A program made the translations under genes and the position numbers. DNA of 63,297 nucleotides, counting the filler, from Thraustochytrium aureum (Eukaryota): assembly GCA_012862495.1 (NCBI GenBank). It is 5 parts of 2 records of this genome, joined end to end, with 100 filler letters (N's around TTAATTAATTAA, not from the genome) between each part and the next. Parts side by side here need not be neighbours in the genome. Positions count along the whole stretch, not along the records: positions 36,694 to 48,085 come from BLSG01000377.1; positions 48,186 to 60,449 come from BLSG01000377.1; 3 more parts are not named here. One strand, 5' to 3'. The notes under the pieces were generated by a model. It was given only the letters and a program-made list of their open reading frames with translations, was not told the origin of the DNA and made no database searches. Positions 46,082 through 57,734 of this stretch are shown here, piece by piece; the stretch's first letter is position 1, and each line of letters begins with the position of its first letter.

Positions 46082-48085
46082 ATGGATGCTGGCGCAGGCC
46101 GAGCTGAGGATGGCCTGTTCGATGGGCTCTCGGGCGCCGAGCGCGAGGCCGCAGAGCGCGAGGCCGCGCGGGTGGCGCAGATCGCAGAGCGCGCGGAGAG
46201 ACGCGCTGCAGAACGCGCCAAAGCGAAGGCCACGGGAAGCGCGACGGGACCGGGCGTCGCGGCGGCGCCGGGCGTGGTGGACGCGCCACGGTTTCTGAGC
46301 AAGGCGGAGCGCGAGCGTGCGCGAGCTGAGGCAAGCGCGACGCGCGTCAAGGCGGACGGAGCCCCTACTGCTGCGACAATTGCCGGGGATGGCAAGCGCG
46401 TCGCGCAGAAGGACAAGACGCCGAAACATGCGAGGACAGCGCGCGAAGAACAACATGCCACCGACCCTCGCGTGCTGGAGGCCATCAAAGCACAGTATCT
46501 GCGAGGGAATCCGCAGAAACGTCCAAGCGAGGAGGTCCAGGCGGCGGGGTCCGGGAAAAGGGGGAACGCCACGCGCGCAAAGGGCACGGTTGAAGTGAAC
46601 AACCGCTCGTTTCGGTTCGAGTGGGAGGCTACCGAGGACACGAGCGAGGACATCGACCCGCTTTACACCAGCCGCGTCGGGCCGAGCAGGCTGCTGATGC
46701 GCACGAGCAAGGAGCAGCCCCGCTCCCGCGCGGCAGGCGCAAGCGGCCTCGAACCGACCCGGAAGCGGCAGCGCGATTCGGCAATGCACTGGTCACGCAA
46801 AGCCCTGGCGGAAATGACGACTCGCGACTGGAGAATCGTGCGAGAAGACTTTGACATATACGTCAAAGGCGGCCGAGTGCCGGACCCAGCGCGAGACTGG
46901 GACGAGCTTGGGCTCCCAATTGCTGTCCGCGAAGCCGTCCGCGACGCGGGATACGCCAAGCCCTCGGCAATCCAAATGCAAGCTATCCCGGTCGGCCTCC
47001 GCATGAGGGACATGATTGGCGTCGCAGAGACCGGGTCCGGGAAAACCGCGGCATTTGTGATCCCCCTCCTCGCGTTCTTGAGCAAACAGCCTCTGGAGCG
47101 GCTCGAGCGGTGCAGCGAGGACGGCCCCCTGGCCGTTATCTTGGGGCCGACGCGCGAACTGGTGCAGCAGATCGGTGACGAAGCGCGCAAGTTGGCGGGG
47201 CGGATGCGCAGCGTGCGCACGGCGGTCGTCGTGGGCGGAAACTCTATCCAAGGCCAAATCAGCCAGCTCCGCGACGGGACGGGGAGCCAAATCGTGGTCG
47301 CCACGCCGGGCCGCCTGCTCGACTGCTTGGACAACCGATACGTCGTGTTCTCGCAGTGTTGCTACTTGGTGCTGGACGAGGCGGACCGCATGATCGACAT
47401 GGGGTTCGAGCCGCAGGTAGAGGCTGTGCTGAAGAATATGAGCTCGACGCAAAAGGCCGACGACGAGGCCGACGTTGAGGAGCAAGAGGCCGAGGCTGTG
47501 GCTGGGCGCGCGTTGGTGCGCACCACAGTCATGTTCTCCGCGACGATGCCGCCTGCGGTAGAGCGGCTCGCCCAGAGGTACATGCGCTTCCCTGTCGTCG
47601 TGCGAATTGGCGACGCCGAGTCGGGCAAGAACCAGCGGATCAAGCAGTCGATCCACATGGCGCAGAGCGCGGCTGCCAAGGGCAAGATTCTGCTCGACCT
47701 CGTCCGCCGCACCTCGCCGCCGATCATCGTGTTCGCCAACTCGAAGGGGGGCTGCGACACTGTCGCGCGCATCTTGGTGGACGCCAACATGCGCTGCTGT
47801 GTGCTGCACGGCGGCAAGATGCAGGCCACGCGCGAGAGCAACCTTGCCGGGTTCAAGAGCGGGCGCTTCGACATCCTCATTGCAACGGACGTCGCCGGCC
47901 GCGGCCTGGACATCAGCGACGTCGCGCACGTGATCAACTACGAAATGGCTTCCGACATTGACCGGTAACGCACCGCATCGGCCGCACGGGCCGCGCTGGC
48001 AAGTCGGGCCTCGCCTCGACCATTCTCACCGAGGAGGACGCGCCGGTCTACGGCCAGCTCGTGCAGTTCTTGCGGGCGCAGGCTC
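46082..48085 (+). CDS. DDX23/PRP28: DEAD-box RNA helicase DDX23/PRP28 (one-base deletion near 47967; 3' truncated at linker)
   Basis: [80 protein letters not shown] is restored by adding one C at cggta^acg. Confidence 0.93.
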
Positions 48086-48185
48086 NNNNNNNNNNNNNNN
48101 NNNNNNNNNNNNNNNNNNNNNNNNNNNNNTTAATTAATTAANNNNNNNNNNNNNNNNNNNNNNNNNNNNNNNNNNNNNNNNNNNN
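48086..48185. other. Artificial contig linker 44N-TTAATTAATTAA-44N
   Basis: 12-mer at 48130-48141 within an N run. Confidence 0.95.
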
Positions 48186-48497
48186 TGCTGGGGACCGGCT
48201 TTGTGGTCCAAGTGCTGTTTTCTGTGCTCAGTATTGAGCGCGGGTTGGTCGTCGAGACGCTGCGGCCTGTGCGCGGTGTTGGGCCGGTTTGGCGGTCGAT
48301 CCGCTGCGACCTGATCGCGGCTCGGCGCTAGCTGGGCCAAGTTTGAGCAGTTTACACGGCACACGGCGCGATCTGTGAAAGTCACCGCATTGGTTGGGTC
48401 TCGCTCGAGTGATCTGTGCACGGCGAGGGGAGGCGGCCGGGGCTGGTCGGGCTCTGCGCAGGCGGCGCCTCGCGCGCCAGGGTGGGGCCGGATCACG

Positions 48498-50156
48498 ATG
48501 GGGGAGGTTGGGCTTGCAGGGCTGTTGTGGACCAGTGTCAGCTCGCTGATTCCTGTGTTCCTGATCGTGCTGACAGGGATATGGTGCGTGAGGAACAAGG
48601 TGATCGACGCGCAAGGCGTCAAGACGCTGTCGAGACTGATCAACTGGGTCCTCGTTCCTTGTCTATTTTTTGTGCGGCTCGGTGGATCCCTCACCGTGCC
48701 GCGGCTCCTGGTGGCCTGGCCTCTGGTGGTCGCGGGAGGCGGCATGGTCGCCGTGAACTTTGTGCTAACCCGCCTGGTGTTGACTCCGCTGGGGCGCCCG
48801 TCCAAGGCGTTTCGGCTGTGGTTTGAGTTTGGACTCGTTTTCCCCAACTTTGTCGCGATACCTCTGGTGTTTGTCAACTCGATCTGCTCTTTCAAGGAGA
48901 TCCAGAGACCCGCTTCGGACACGCACCTCGGCCCTGGTCCGATGGCTCGCGCCGAGTGCATCGCGCTCGGCGAGCTGTACATTTTTATGTACGTCATCGT
49001 GCCGACCTTCACCATGTTTGTCATTGCAAACTTGCTTAAAGGGGCCGCCGAGGATGGCGCGCAGCCCCAGCCTGCCCAAGGCGGAGGCCAGGACCCGGCG
49101 CGCAGTTCCGCTAGCGGCCACACGGAGCCGCATGCGGGCCGCGGCTCTGAGGACAAGCGAGGCGCTCGCGAAGACGCGGTCGCGGGAGATGGCGACCTGA
49201 TGCTCGTAGACCTCAACGTCGACGGCGAGGGCGCCGCCACAAGCATATCCCCGCAACCGCTGGAAAGGGGCTGCGCGAGCCCCTCAGAGTCGAACGCCGC
49301 CTTTGGGCAATGTGTGGTGGAGCGACCCTGCTGCGCGCAACGTGCGCACCGTTGTGGAAACGGCGAGCGCGCGTGCGACAAGAGCAGCACCAGCCAAGGC
49401 TCGACTGAGCGCGCGAGCACGCAGGACCTGCGCTTCGCTGAGCAGAACCAGCGCTTCGCCGAGGTGCACCAAACATCCTTTTCTGGCGCAGCCACAATTG
49501 ACAGGTCAGGGAGCATGGGCGAGCCAACTTCGAGCAGCACAGGAGAGGATTTGGCGCCAGCCCCTTCGAATCGGCGAAAGGGGCGCCGCATTCTTCGGAC
49601 GGCGCGCGAGGTGCTGCTTCAGCCTGCGATTGTTTCGCAGATTGTCTCGATCATCGTGGGTCTTGTCGAGCCTCTGCAGTCGCTCCTCTTCTCGGGCAAC
49701 AACTTTTTCACCCCTTTCATCGCAACGCCGACCATCCTCGCCCAGGCTGTGGTCCCCATCACCAACTTGAGCCTGGCGAGCAGCTTGGGGATCAAGTTGC
49801 ACAAGACGCCGTGGAGCGACCTACTCGGTGGCAGCGTGGAGCGCGTGGGCGTGTCGCGGCGAACGCTGGTTGTCTTCGTTGTCGGGCGTATGATCTTCCT
49901 GCCCGCCTGCTGCTTTGCGATCTACTTTGCGATCGGTGATGCGCTGCCAGACGACCAGCTCATGCGGCTGCTGCTGTTCTTCGAAACTGCAATGCCCACG
50001 GCCAACATGGCGGTGGTGCTTGCCACCTTCAACAACCGCCAGGAGGAGGCCGAGGTCCTCTCGTTAGGTATGGTCCACCAGTACCTGCTCGCCATTTTGA
50101 CCATGTCGCTGTGGTGCTTTGTGGCTTTGCTGGCCACGGAGCCAGCAGACGTTTGA
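48498..50156 (+). CDS. PIN-LIKES (PILS)/auxin efflux carrier family membrane transporter
   Basis: Two hydrophobic halves separated by a long hydrophilic loop. Motifs LSRLINWVLVPCLFF, FPNFVAIPLVFVNSIC, QPAIVSQIVSIIVGLVEPLQ, GRMIFLP and LFFETAMPTANM. Confidence 0.85.
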   Translation: MGEVGLAGLLWTSVSSLIPVFLIVLTGIWCVRNKVIDAQGVKTLSRLINWVLVPCLFFVRLGGSLTVPRLLVAWPLVVAGGGMVAVNFVLTRLVLTPLGRPSKAFRLWFEFGLVFPNFVAIPLVFVNSICSFKEIQRPASDTHLGPGPMARAECIALGELYIFMYVIVPTFTMFVIANLLKGAAEDGAQPQPAQGGGQDPARSSASGHTEPHAGRGSEDKRGAREDAVAGDGDLMLVDLNVDGEGAATSISPQPLERGCASPSESNAAFGQCVVERPCCAQRAHRCGNGERACDKSSTSQGSTERASTQDLRFAEQNQRFAEVHQTSFSGAATIDRSGSMGEPTSSSTGEDLAPAPSNRRKGRRILRTAREVLLQPAIVSQIVSIIVGLVEPLQSLLFSGNNFFTPFIATPTILAQAVVPITNLSLASSLGIKLHKTPWSDLLGGSVERVGVSRRTLVVFVVGRMIFLPACCFAIYFAIGDALPDDQLMRLLLFFETAMPTANMAVVLATFNNRQEEAEVLSLGMVHQYLLAILTMSLWCFVALLATEPADV

Positions 50157-51148
50157 CCTGCAGCGTCTCGGACTCGGAGCTCCACATCATGTCTGGCGTC
50201 CTGGAGGCGAGCGAAGCCCCAGTGTGTGACAGACCAGCTTGGTGTCCATGTGCAAAGCCGCCCGATTCTCTAGCTAGAGTCATTGCAACAAGCACTGCAA
50301 GCCCGGCAGCCGTGTTGTGGCCAGTGCAATCGCCATGCGCATGCGCGTGCNNNNNNNNNNNNNNNNNNNNNNNNNNNNNNNNNNNNNNNNNNNNNNNNNN
50401 NNNNNNNNNNNNNNNNNNNNNNNNNNNNNNNNNNNNNNNNNNNNNNNNNNNNNNNNNNNNNNNNNNNNNNNNNNNNNNNNNNNNNNNNNNNNNNNNNNNN
50501 NNNNNNNNNNNNNNNNNNNNNNNNNNNNNNNNNNNNNNNNNNNNNNNNNNNNNNNNNNNNNNNNNNNNNNNNNNNNNNNNNNNNNNNNNNNNNNNNNNNN
50601 NNNNNNNNNNNNNNNNNNNNNNNNNNNNNNNNNNNNNNNNNNNNNNNNNNNNNNNNNNNNNNNNNNNNNNNNNNNNNNNNNNNNNNNNNNNNNNNNNNNN
50701 NNNNNNNNNNNNNNNNNNNNNNNNNNNNNNNNNNNNNNNNNNNNNNNNNNNNNNNNNNNNNNNNNNNNNNNNNNNNNNNNNNNNNNNNNNNNNNNNNNNN
50801 NNNNNNNNNNNNNNNNNNNNNNNNNNNNNNNNNNNNNNNNNNNNNNNNNNNNNNNNNNNNNNNNNNNNNNNNNNNNNNNNNNNNNNNNNNNNNNNNNNNN
50901 NNNNNNNNNNNNNNNNNNNNNNNNNNNNNNNNNNNNNNNNNNNNNNNNNNNNNNNNNNNNNNNNNNNNNNNNNNNNNNNNNNNNNNNNNNNNNNNNNNNN
51001 NNNNNNNNNNNNNNNNNNNNNNNNNNNNNNNNNNNNNNNNNNNNNNNNNNNNNNNNNNNNNNNNNNNNNNNNNNNNNNNNNNNNNNNNNNNNNNNNNNNN
51101 NNNNNNNNNNNNNNNNNNNNNNNNNNNNNNNNNNNNNNNNNNNNNNNN

Positions 51149-53131
51149 GGGGCCGCGTCGTCCTCGACAGCGCCAACGTTCTCACCTGGCAGCTCACCTC
51201 CCTCCCGGCGTCCACGTCAGGCGGTATTCACATTCACCAAGGCACCTCGTGCGACTTCTCGCAGGGCCACCACTACGATGCGTCAAAGTATGACGGCTGG
51301 CTCGACACGCGCTGGGCGTCCAACGACGCCGGGGTGTCGCGCGGCATGATCACCGTGGACGACGTCGAGGGCGCGTTCGGGTTTCCGGTCAACGTGGATC
51401 GCGTCATTGTCCTGCACGACCCGGACGGCAAGCGCGTGGCCTGTGGCAAGCTCTTGCCCTACGTCTGGTACCCGGAGCGGGAGGAGGACAACGTCGAGGA
51501 GATTTTGCTGGACTACTCGACGCAAGGCGCGTTCCGTACATACCCTGGCTTCGAGGGCAGCGCGCCGCGCGGCCACGCCTACCTCGACTCGGACAACGTG
51601 TTTTCGTTCGTTCTGCGCAAGCTCGAGCCCGACTCGCAGGGCGGCGTGCACATCCACGTCGGCGCGACCTGCGAGAGCTCGGGGGGCCACCACTACAAGC
51701 CCGGCACGGTGGACGGCTGGCTCGATGTCAAGTGGTCCAGCACGAGCAATGGCGAGGCGCGCGGTGTCGTCGACCTCAACACGCTGCCTGGGGCGTACCC
51801 GTTCGTAGCCAACCTGGACCGGACCGTCGTGGTTCACAACAGCGCAGGCGCTCGCGTTGCGTGCGCCGTGCTCCGCTCCAACGCCGACACGGGCGTCACA
51901 GGCGTGATGGGCGTCTACCCAGACTCGGAATCTAGCATCATTCCTGGAGGCCTTGTTTTCCTCACCAAGCGCAACACGTTCTCCTGGTACCTCACCGGTC
52001 TTGAGCCGGGCGTTACGGGCGGGGTGCACATCCACGCTGGCATGTCCTGCGGAGAAAACACCGGCCCGCACTGGTTCTTGGACGGCGAGGTTGACGGGTG
52101 GAACAAGATCCAGTACTCGTCCACATCCATGGGCACTGCACGCGGTGTCATCAGCCTTGACACCATATCTGGGCTCTACCCCTTCGCCGACAACGTGGGC
52201 CACACGGTTGTCGTGCACGCCGCCGACGGCTCGCGCGTTGGCTGCGCGGTCCTCGACAGATTCACTGAAAACGCAGGGGACGAGGCCGCAGAGGCAAGCG
52301 AAGCCCACGGCGAGATCGAAAACGACTGGAGCGATTGGTTCACGGCGCGCGCAAACCTGGATCGGTACCCTGGACTGGACGAGAGCATCAGCCCCCCAGA
52401 AGGCCGCGTGCTCCTTAACCACGACAACGTTCTCACCTTCATCCTCCAGAAGCTTCCGCCCGACCAGTCGGGCGGGATCCACATCCATGCCGGCAAAACG
52501 TGCGAGACGGCTGGTCCGCATTGGTACCGACCGGGCCCGACCGACTCCTGGAACAACGTGTTCTGGAAGTCTGACTCGAAGGGCCGTGCCCACGGCGTCG
52601 TCGACGTGGACGCCCTCGTTGGCTTGTATGGGTTTGCCTTCCAACCTGGACCATGCGGTTGTTGTGCACGACGCTGCTGGGGCGCGCGTCGCCTGCGGGG
52701 TGCTCTCATCGCGAGGCAAACCCATCGCTGTCGAGAACCAGTTTCGCCGGTACCCAGGGCTTGACGAGGCCGTTCCCGCGCCGAGCGCGGACGCTCTGCT
52801 CTCGATCGAAAACGTCCTTGAGGTGGACGCCTGGAACCTCGAGCCTAACGCTGCATCTGGCGTTCATATCCATGTCGGCCTCTCGTGCGAAAACTCGATG
52901 GGGCACCACTATTTGGCCGGCGAGGCGGATTTTTGGAACGACGTCAAGCTGCATGCCGATGAGAACGGCGACGCGTTTCTCAAGATCGACCTCAACGAGT
53001 ACGTCGGGGCGTATTCGTTTGAAGAGAACGCCTACCGTGCCATTGTCATCCACAACTCGGCTGGCGTGCGCGTCGCCTGCACGACGCTCAGCTTGCTCAA
53101 GGTGGGCCGCGACCGCGACTGGGACGAATAA
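51149..53131 (+). CDS. Protein of at least 5 tandem Cu/Zn-SOD-like domains lacking Zn ligands (5' end in gap; indel near 52641)
   Basis: Five repeats of about 125-150 aa, each with G(I/V)HIHxGxxC..G(H/P)H(Y/W)..D(G/S/F)W..G.A.G..N..(R/H)xxV(L/V/I)HxxxGxRV(A/G)C. Confidence 0.8.
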
Positions 53132-53270
53132 TGCGCCAGCCACAAGAGATCAACACCGCAAAGAAGGTCAAAGTAAACCAAGCGCTTTATCTCTTTTGCT
53201 TTCTGTTTCATGGACGCCACCACCAATGCCAACGCCAACCCGTTCGTCTGCAGCCGGCTCTGGGTGCGAC

Positions 53271-54620
53271 CTACGCGTTCTGGAGCGCGTGCTCAGCAAG
53301 AGCGCTTTGCGCTTCATGCTGGCGAAATACTTGTGACGACTCGGCAACCTGAGTCGCCCTCGGAGCCACACGACTCGCATAGGCGGTTGGCTGCTTGAAG
53401 AAAAGCTGGTCAAAGGCGATGCTTCCGGCAAGCATCGAGCCGCCGCTTGTGAAGTGGTCAGGCTCGAGCGTGTCCTTGTTGCTCTGGCCTGTGGTAATGG
53501 GCTGCGTCCGGTTTGCCGAATTTTCTGCATACTGCGCCTTGCAGGGAGTCATGCGCGGCTGGGGCGGCGCCCCGCGGCTGGCCGTCGCGCTCCCCTTGTG
53601 CCCACGCGAAACCTTCTTGGAGACAAACTCTTTGGCGAGGAACTCCACGATTGTCGCAAGAAACGAGACCGATCCTGACATGGCCCGCATGCCCAAAAAG
53701 AAACCGTACAACGCAAAGCCCTCAGGGGTTGCAATGCTGGTCAAGTCAACAAGCATGTTCAAGCCGTTCACGTACAGGTGCACCGTTCGCACCATCCGCA
53801 TGCTCTTGTGCGCAGCGCTTGCGCGAACAAGCGCGGGCGTGGTCGTCCTCGTTGTGTTTGCCTCCATTACCTTGATCCCCTTGGCCATGTCCGCGAGAAC
53901 TGGGTCGAAAAACCCGATGACGAACAGCACGGCCATGCCTGAGCAAAGCCCTTCAAGCGCGCAGACTGCTCGTAGTGCAGCTGGTCGCTGCTCGGGCTCG
54001 AGGAAGGTCGCGACTGGAAGGAGCGCATTTGCAGCAACGGCGCAGAGAGCGAAAAGAGGCTCAAAGGCCTGGATATTGTGCAGCTTTCGACCTCGGGGCG
54101 TTTGGTAAACGTTCACGACGCTCGTGTGGAGCAGGAAGAGCACCAATTTTTGGTACACGACAAGACACGACAGGAATACCAACGCGCCGCCAATCCCCAT
54201 AGCAATTGAAACGCCAAAGTCTACACCAACGATGTTTTCCGTGTAGTCTCCGGATACTTTTAACGCCCCAGCTGCGCAAAGACTGGCCATGCCAACTATC
54301 GAGGGCACCATACGCGTCAGAACTTTGCATCGTTTTTTTCCGTGTGCGCGGCGCGCTTTGATAATTGCGACGACCGCGAGCAGCAACACGTTTATCGAGC
54401 AGACAATCGAAAGCACCAAGTACACGACGCGCTGGACCTCCACGTGTACAGTGCAGACGTCGTTGCCATTGTTGAACTCTGCCACAGTTGCCCAGCCGGG
54501 TTTGCAGGCACAGCGCCCAGCTACTTGCGTGCAGGTCCTGAAGAGGCACACTTGGTCGGTCCCTGGCCAGACGCCGGTGCAGCTCAATGGCGCGCTTGCG
54601 TTGAGCACCGCTTCCGCCAT
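53271..54620 (-). CDS. Multi-pass (about 7 TM) receptor-like membrane protein with Cys-rich EGF-like N-terminus
   Basis: CTG..CLFRTC..CACKPGW..C followed by about 7 hydrophobic helices and a polar cytoplasmic tail. Confidence 0.6.
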   Translation of the reverse strand: MAEAVLNASAPLSCTGVWPGTDQVCLFRTCTQVAGRCACKPGWATVAEFNNGNDVCTVHVEVQRVVYLVLSIVCSINVLLLAVVAIIKARRAHGKKRCKVLTRMVPSIVGMASLCAAGALKVSGDYTENIVGVDFGVSIAMGIGGALVFLSCLVVYQKLVLFLLHTSVVNVYQTPRGRKLHNIQAFEPLFALCAVAANALLPVATFLEPEQRPAALRAVCALEGLCSGMAVLFVIGFFDPVLADMAKGIKVMEANTTRTTTPALVRASAAHKSMRMVRTVHLYVNGLNMLVDLTSIATPEGFALYGFFLGMRAMSGSVSFLATIVEFLAKEFVSKKVSRGHKGSATASRGAPPQPRMTPCKAQYAENSANRTQPITTGQSNKDTLEPDHFTSGGSMLAGSIAFDQLFFKQPTAYASRVAPRATQVAESSQVFRQHEAQSALAEHALQNA

Positions 54621-55562
54621 GGCCCTGCCGGCGGAGCCGCGCGCGAGTGCACCGCAAGTGCCCGTTTGCGTACTGATGCATGCGACAGGCTCCGCGAGAT
54701 CCGTTTCGCCAGCCGGGAGGTCCGACAGCCACCAACGTGAGAACTCAGTCCAAGTTCCTTCTTGCCAAGGCTTGCATGGCTCAAGAAACCTTGAGCTTGA
54801 CCCGCTCGTTGGCAGATGAGGCGAGCGACGGCCGTCGCTCGTCTCGTGCAGGGCAGCGCAGCGCGCCAATGTTTTTTTTGTTTGCCAGCGTGTGAGCGAG
54901 CACGGCAGGACGACCCGAGAGTCCGTTCTGACCTCACACGAGCACAAAATCCTCGATGGCGTGCCTGACGCCACGGTGTCAGTGAGCTGTGTGGACCCGC
55001 AAGGCCGCCCATCAACTCCATCAACGGACACCCCGAGCGCGGCTTTCTTTTGTTCGCAACGCGGGAGGCGACTTAGTGCTAGAAACCGGTAGAATATCTA
55101 CAAGGACAAGGCTGCGGTTGAAGTGGCTCCGGCGCCGGCGCGCGGGTTAGGACTGATGCCCTGTGATGAGCTGGGCCTGCGAGTCTGCGACGCGTGCAAG
55201 TGTTGACGCCATCGTGGTCGATGGCATCAATGGCATGGAACTCGGAAGACCAATCTCGACGTGCCAGGCAGCCAAGCCGCGCCAAGCCACACAGCCACAA
55301 GCCTCACACCTTCGGTGCCTTCATACTAGCTAGCTAGCAAGCGCACATCCTGGTCTGATCCTTGCCTGTTTTGATTGATCCGCGAGACTCGCGCTGGCTT
55401 GGCTGGCCTGGCGACGAGCAGAGTATTCGCGTTGGTGAAATGCTTTGGGACAGACTCGGACAGACCCCGAATGGCTCCAGGCCCACCAGAAAAATCGGAG
55501 ACGACGTGCAAGAAGAGCTAGAGTAGAGCGACCGGCGCAAGCTGCAGTAGCGAGCAGGCCAG

Positions 55563-57321
55563 ATGGGCCTCGTGTCTGGCGCCGTGTGGCTGCTCGGGCC
55601 GGTGATCGACTATGTGGCAACGCACCACCGTCCGCTGGCGATGATTTTCGTCGTGCTTCCGCTATCATTTCTGACGAGCGTGGTGATGGCCGCGAGGGAC
55701 TGGGTGGCGAAGATGCTCCTGCCGAAATCGACGCACGAAGAAAGGGTGCAGCGCGTCAAGGCGGCTGTCTGCGCAAGGCTAGAGCGACCAGAGACAGAGC
55801 GCAGGTTTATGTGCACGGCTCGTGCCCCATGGCAAAACCTGAGCACGCGGTTTGCAGACTACAAGTCCAACAGCGACTGCATCTTTGTCGGCGATATGAA
55901 CAACGTGCTCTCGCTGGACGAGCAGGCGCTCACGGTGACGCTTGAGCCGCTCGTGGACGTGGGGCAGATCACGCGCTACCTCTTGCCGCGCGGCTACATG
56001 CTGGCGACAACGCTGGAGATCGAGGAGGCCACGATCGGGGGCCTGGCCATGGCCGTCGGGATGACCACCGCGAGTCACAAGTACGGCCTCTTGCAAGAAA
56101 CGGTCACAGAGTACGAGGTCGTCCTGGGCGACGGCAGGGTCGTCTCGGTCACCAAGGACAACGAGTTTAGCGACCTCTACTACGCGTTGCCGTGGTCGCA
56201 CGGGAGCTTGTGCCTCTTGCTCAAGCTGACCCTGCAGATTATTCCGGTCAAGCCGTACGTTCGCGTCGACTATGTCCCTTTGCGAGGAGGGACTGCCGAG
56301 TACTGCGCGGAAATCCGACGAGTCTCCCTTGACGAGAACCCCGCCGACTTTGTTGAGGCGACGGTGTTCAGCCGACAAGAGGCCGTCGTGATGACAGGGA
56401 CTTTTGTTGACCGCCCAGACCCGGCGGTCGGGCCCACCAACAATGTCGGCCTCTGGTACAAGCCATGGTTCTACACGCACGTCCGGGACATGCTCGCAGG
56501 GGACGCCCCTCGAAGGGCCGAGTTTGTGCCAACTTACGAGTACATCTTTCGCCACAACCGCGGGATCTTTTGGACGCTCAAGGACCAGTAAGTTTTCGCC
56601 GCGCGTTTTGCTGATCGCGCGCTGTTGCCAGCATCGCTGGAAATACTGACGCAGGGCCATGCGCGCCCGCGTGGGATTGCTCCACAGGCTACCAGAAAAG
56701 TACGGCAACAACCTGATCTTCCGCCTCCTGCTCGGCTGGCTGTGCCCGCCCAAGGTGCAGTTCCTCAAGCTGCCCGCAACAACCGCGATCCGCAAGGAGA
56801 TGATGACGCAGCGCGTGTACCAGGACATTGTGCTGCCGCTCTCCGAGCTGGAGGTTGCCATCACAAAGGCAGCCGACCTTTTCGAGATCTGGCCGATCCT
56901 TGTCTATCCTTCGCGCGTGTATGACCACGGAGACCCGGCCAAGCAAGGCCAGTTTCGCAAGCCACAGCGCCTGGAGCCAGGCAAGGACTACGCCATGTAC
57001 TTTGATCTCGGCGTGTACGGCATTCCACCCAAGATCCTACGCGGCGAGCCGTTCAAGACGGTTACCTGCATGCGCGAGATGGAAGACTTCACCCGGCGGG
57101 TCGGTGGCTGCCCGTTCTTGTACGCTGACACGTTCATGGACCGCGAGGAGTTTGGCCAAATGGTGGACCTGGCCCTCTACGAACGCGTCAGGAAAAAGTA
57201 CGACTGCGACAAGCACTTTCCGCACCTCTTCGACAAGACCAGCGGATGCCAGTCGTTTGACTGGCGCGAGATGCTCGAGGAGGAGGCCGCCGCGGCCGGC
57301 GAGCCGAAGAAGTCAAAGTGA
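55563..57321 (+). CDS. DHCR24: Delta(24)-sterol reductase (DHCR24/DWF1); exons 55563-56587 and 56688-57321
   Basis: IFVVLPLSF, HEERVQRV, MCTARAPW, VTLEPLVDVGQ, TIGGLAMAVG..SHKYGL, DLYYALPWSHGSL, WYKPWFY, RHNRGIFW, FRLLLGWLCPPKV, VYQDIVLP, LYADTFM. 100-nt GTAAGT..ACTGAC..CAG intron. Confidence 0.95.
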
Positions 57322-57734
57322 TCGTTTNNNNNNNNNNNNNNNNNNNNNNNNNNNNNNNNNNNNNNNNNNNNNNNNNNNNNNNNNNNNNNNNNNNNNNNNN
57401 NNNNNNNNNNNNNNNNNNNNNNNNNNNNNNNNNNNNNNNNNNNNNNNNNNNNNNNNNNNNNNNNNNNNNNNNNNNNNNNNNNNNNNNNNNNNNNNNNNNN
57501 NNNNNNNNNNNNNNNNNNNNNNNNNNNNNNNNNNNNNNNNNNNNNNNNNNNNNNNNNNNNNNNNNACAGCCCAGCTGCGGCCGGGCTGGGCCACCCTTGC
57601 TCCCGCTGAGGCCTCCGCCTACGTCATGGCGCAGTGGGGCGAGCAGAGTGTGCGTGCGTGCGAGCGCGCGCTCTTGTGCGCGAGGGTGCCAAGGCGGAGA
57701 CCAGACGAACAATCCTCCTCCGACGCGACAACCA

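Noticed and set aside
46014..46082. Possible in-frame fusion of the TBCK-like C-terminus (rhodanese) with DDX23
   Set aside because: Only about 20 open codons precede the DDX23 Met, and the 849-N gap hides the TBCK end. There is no support for a fusion.
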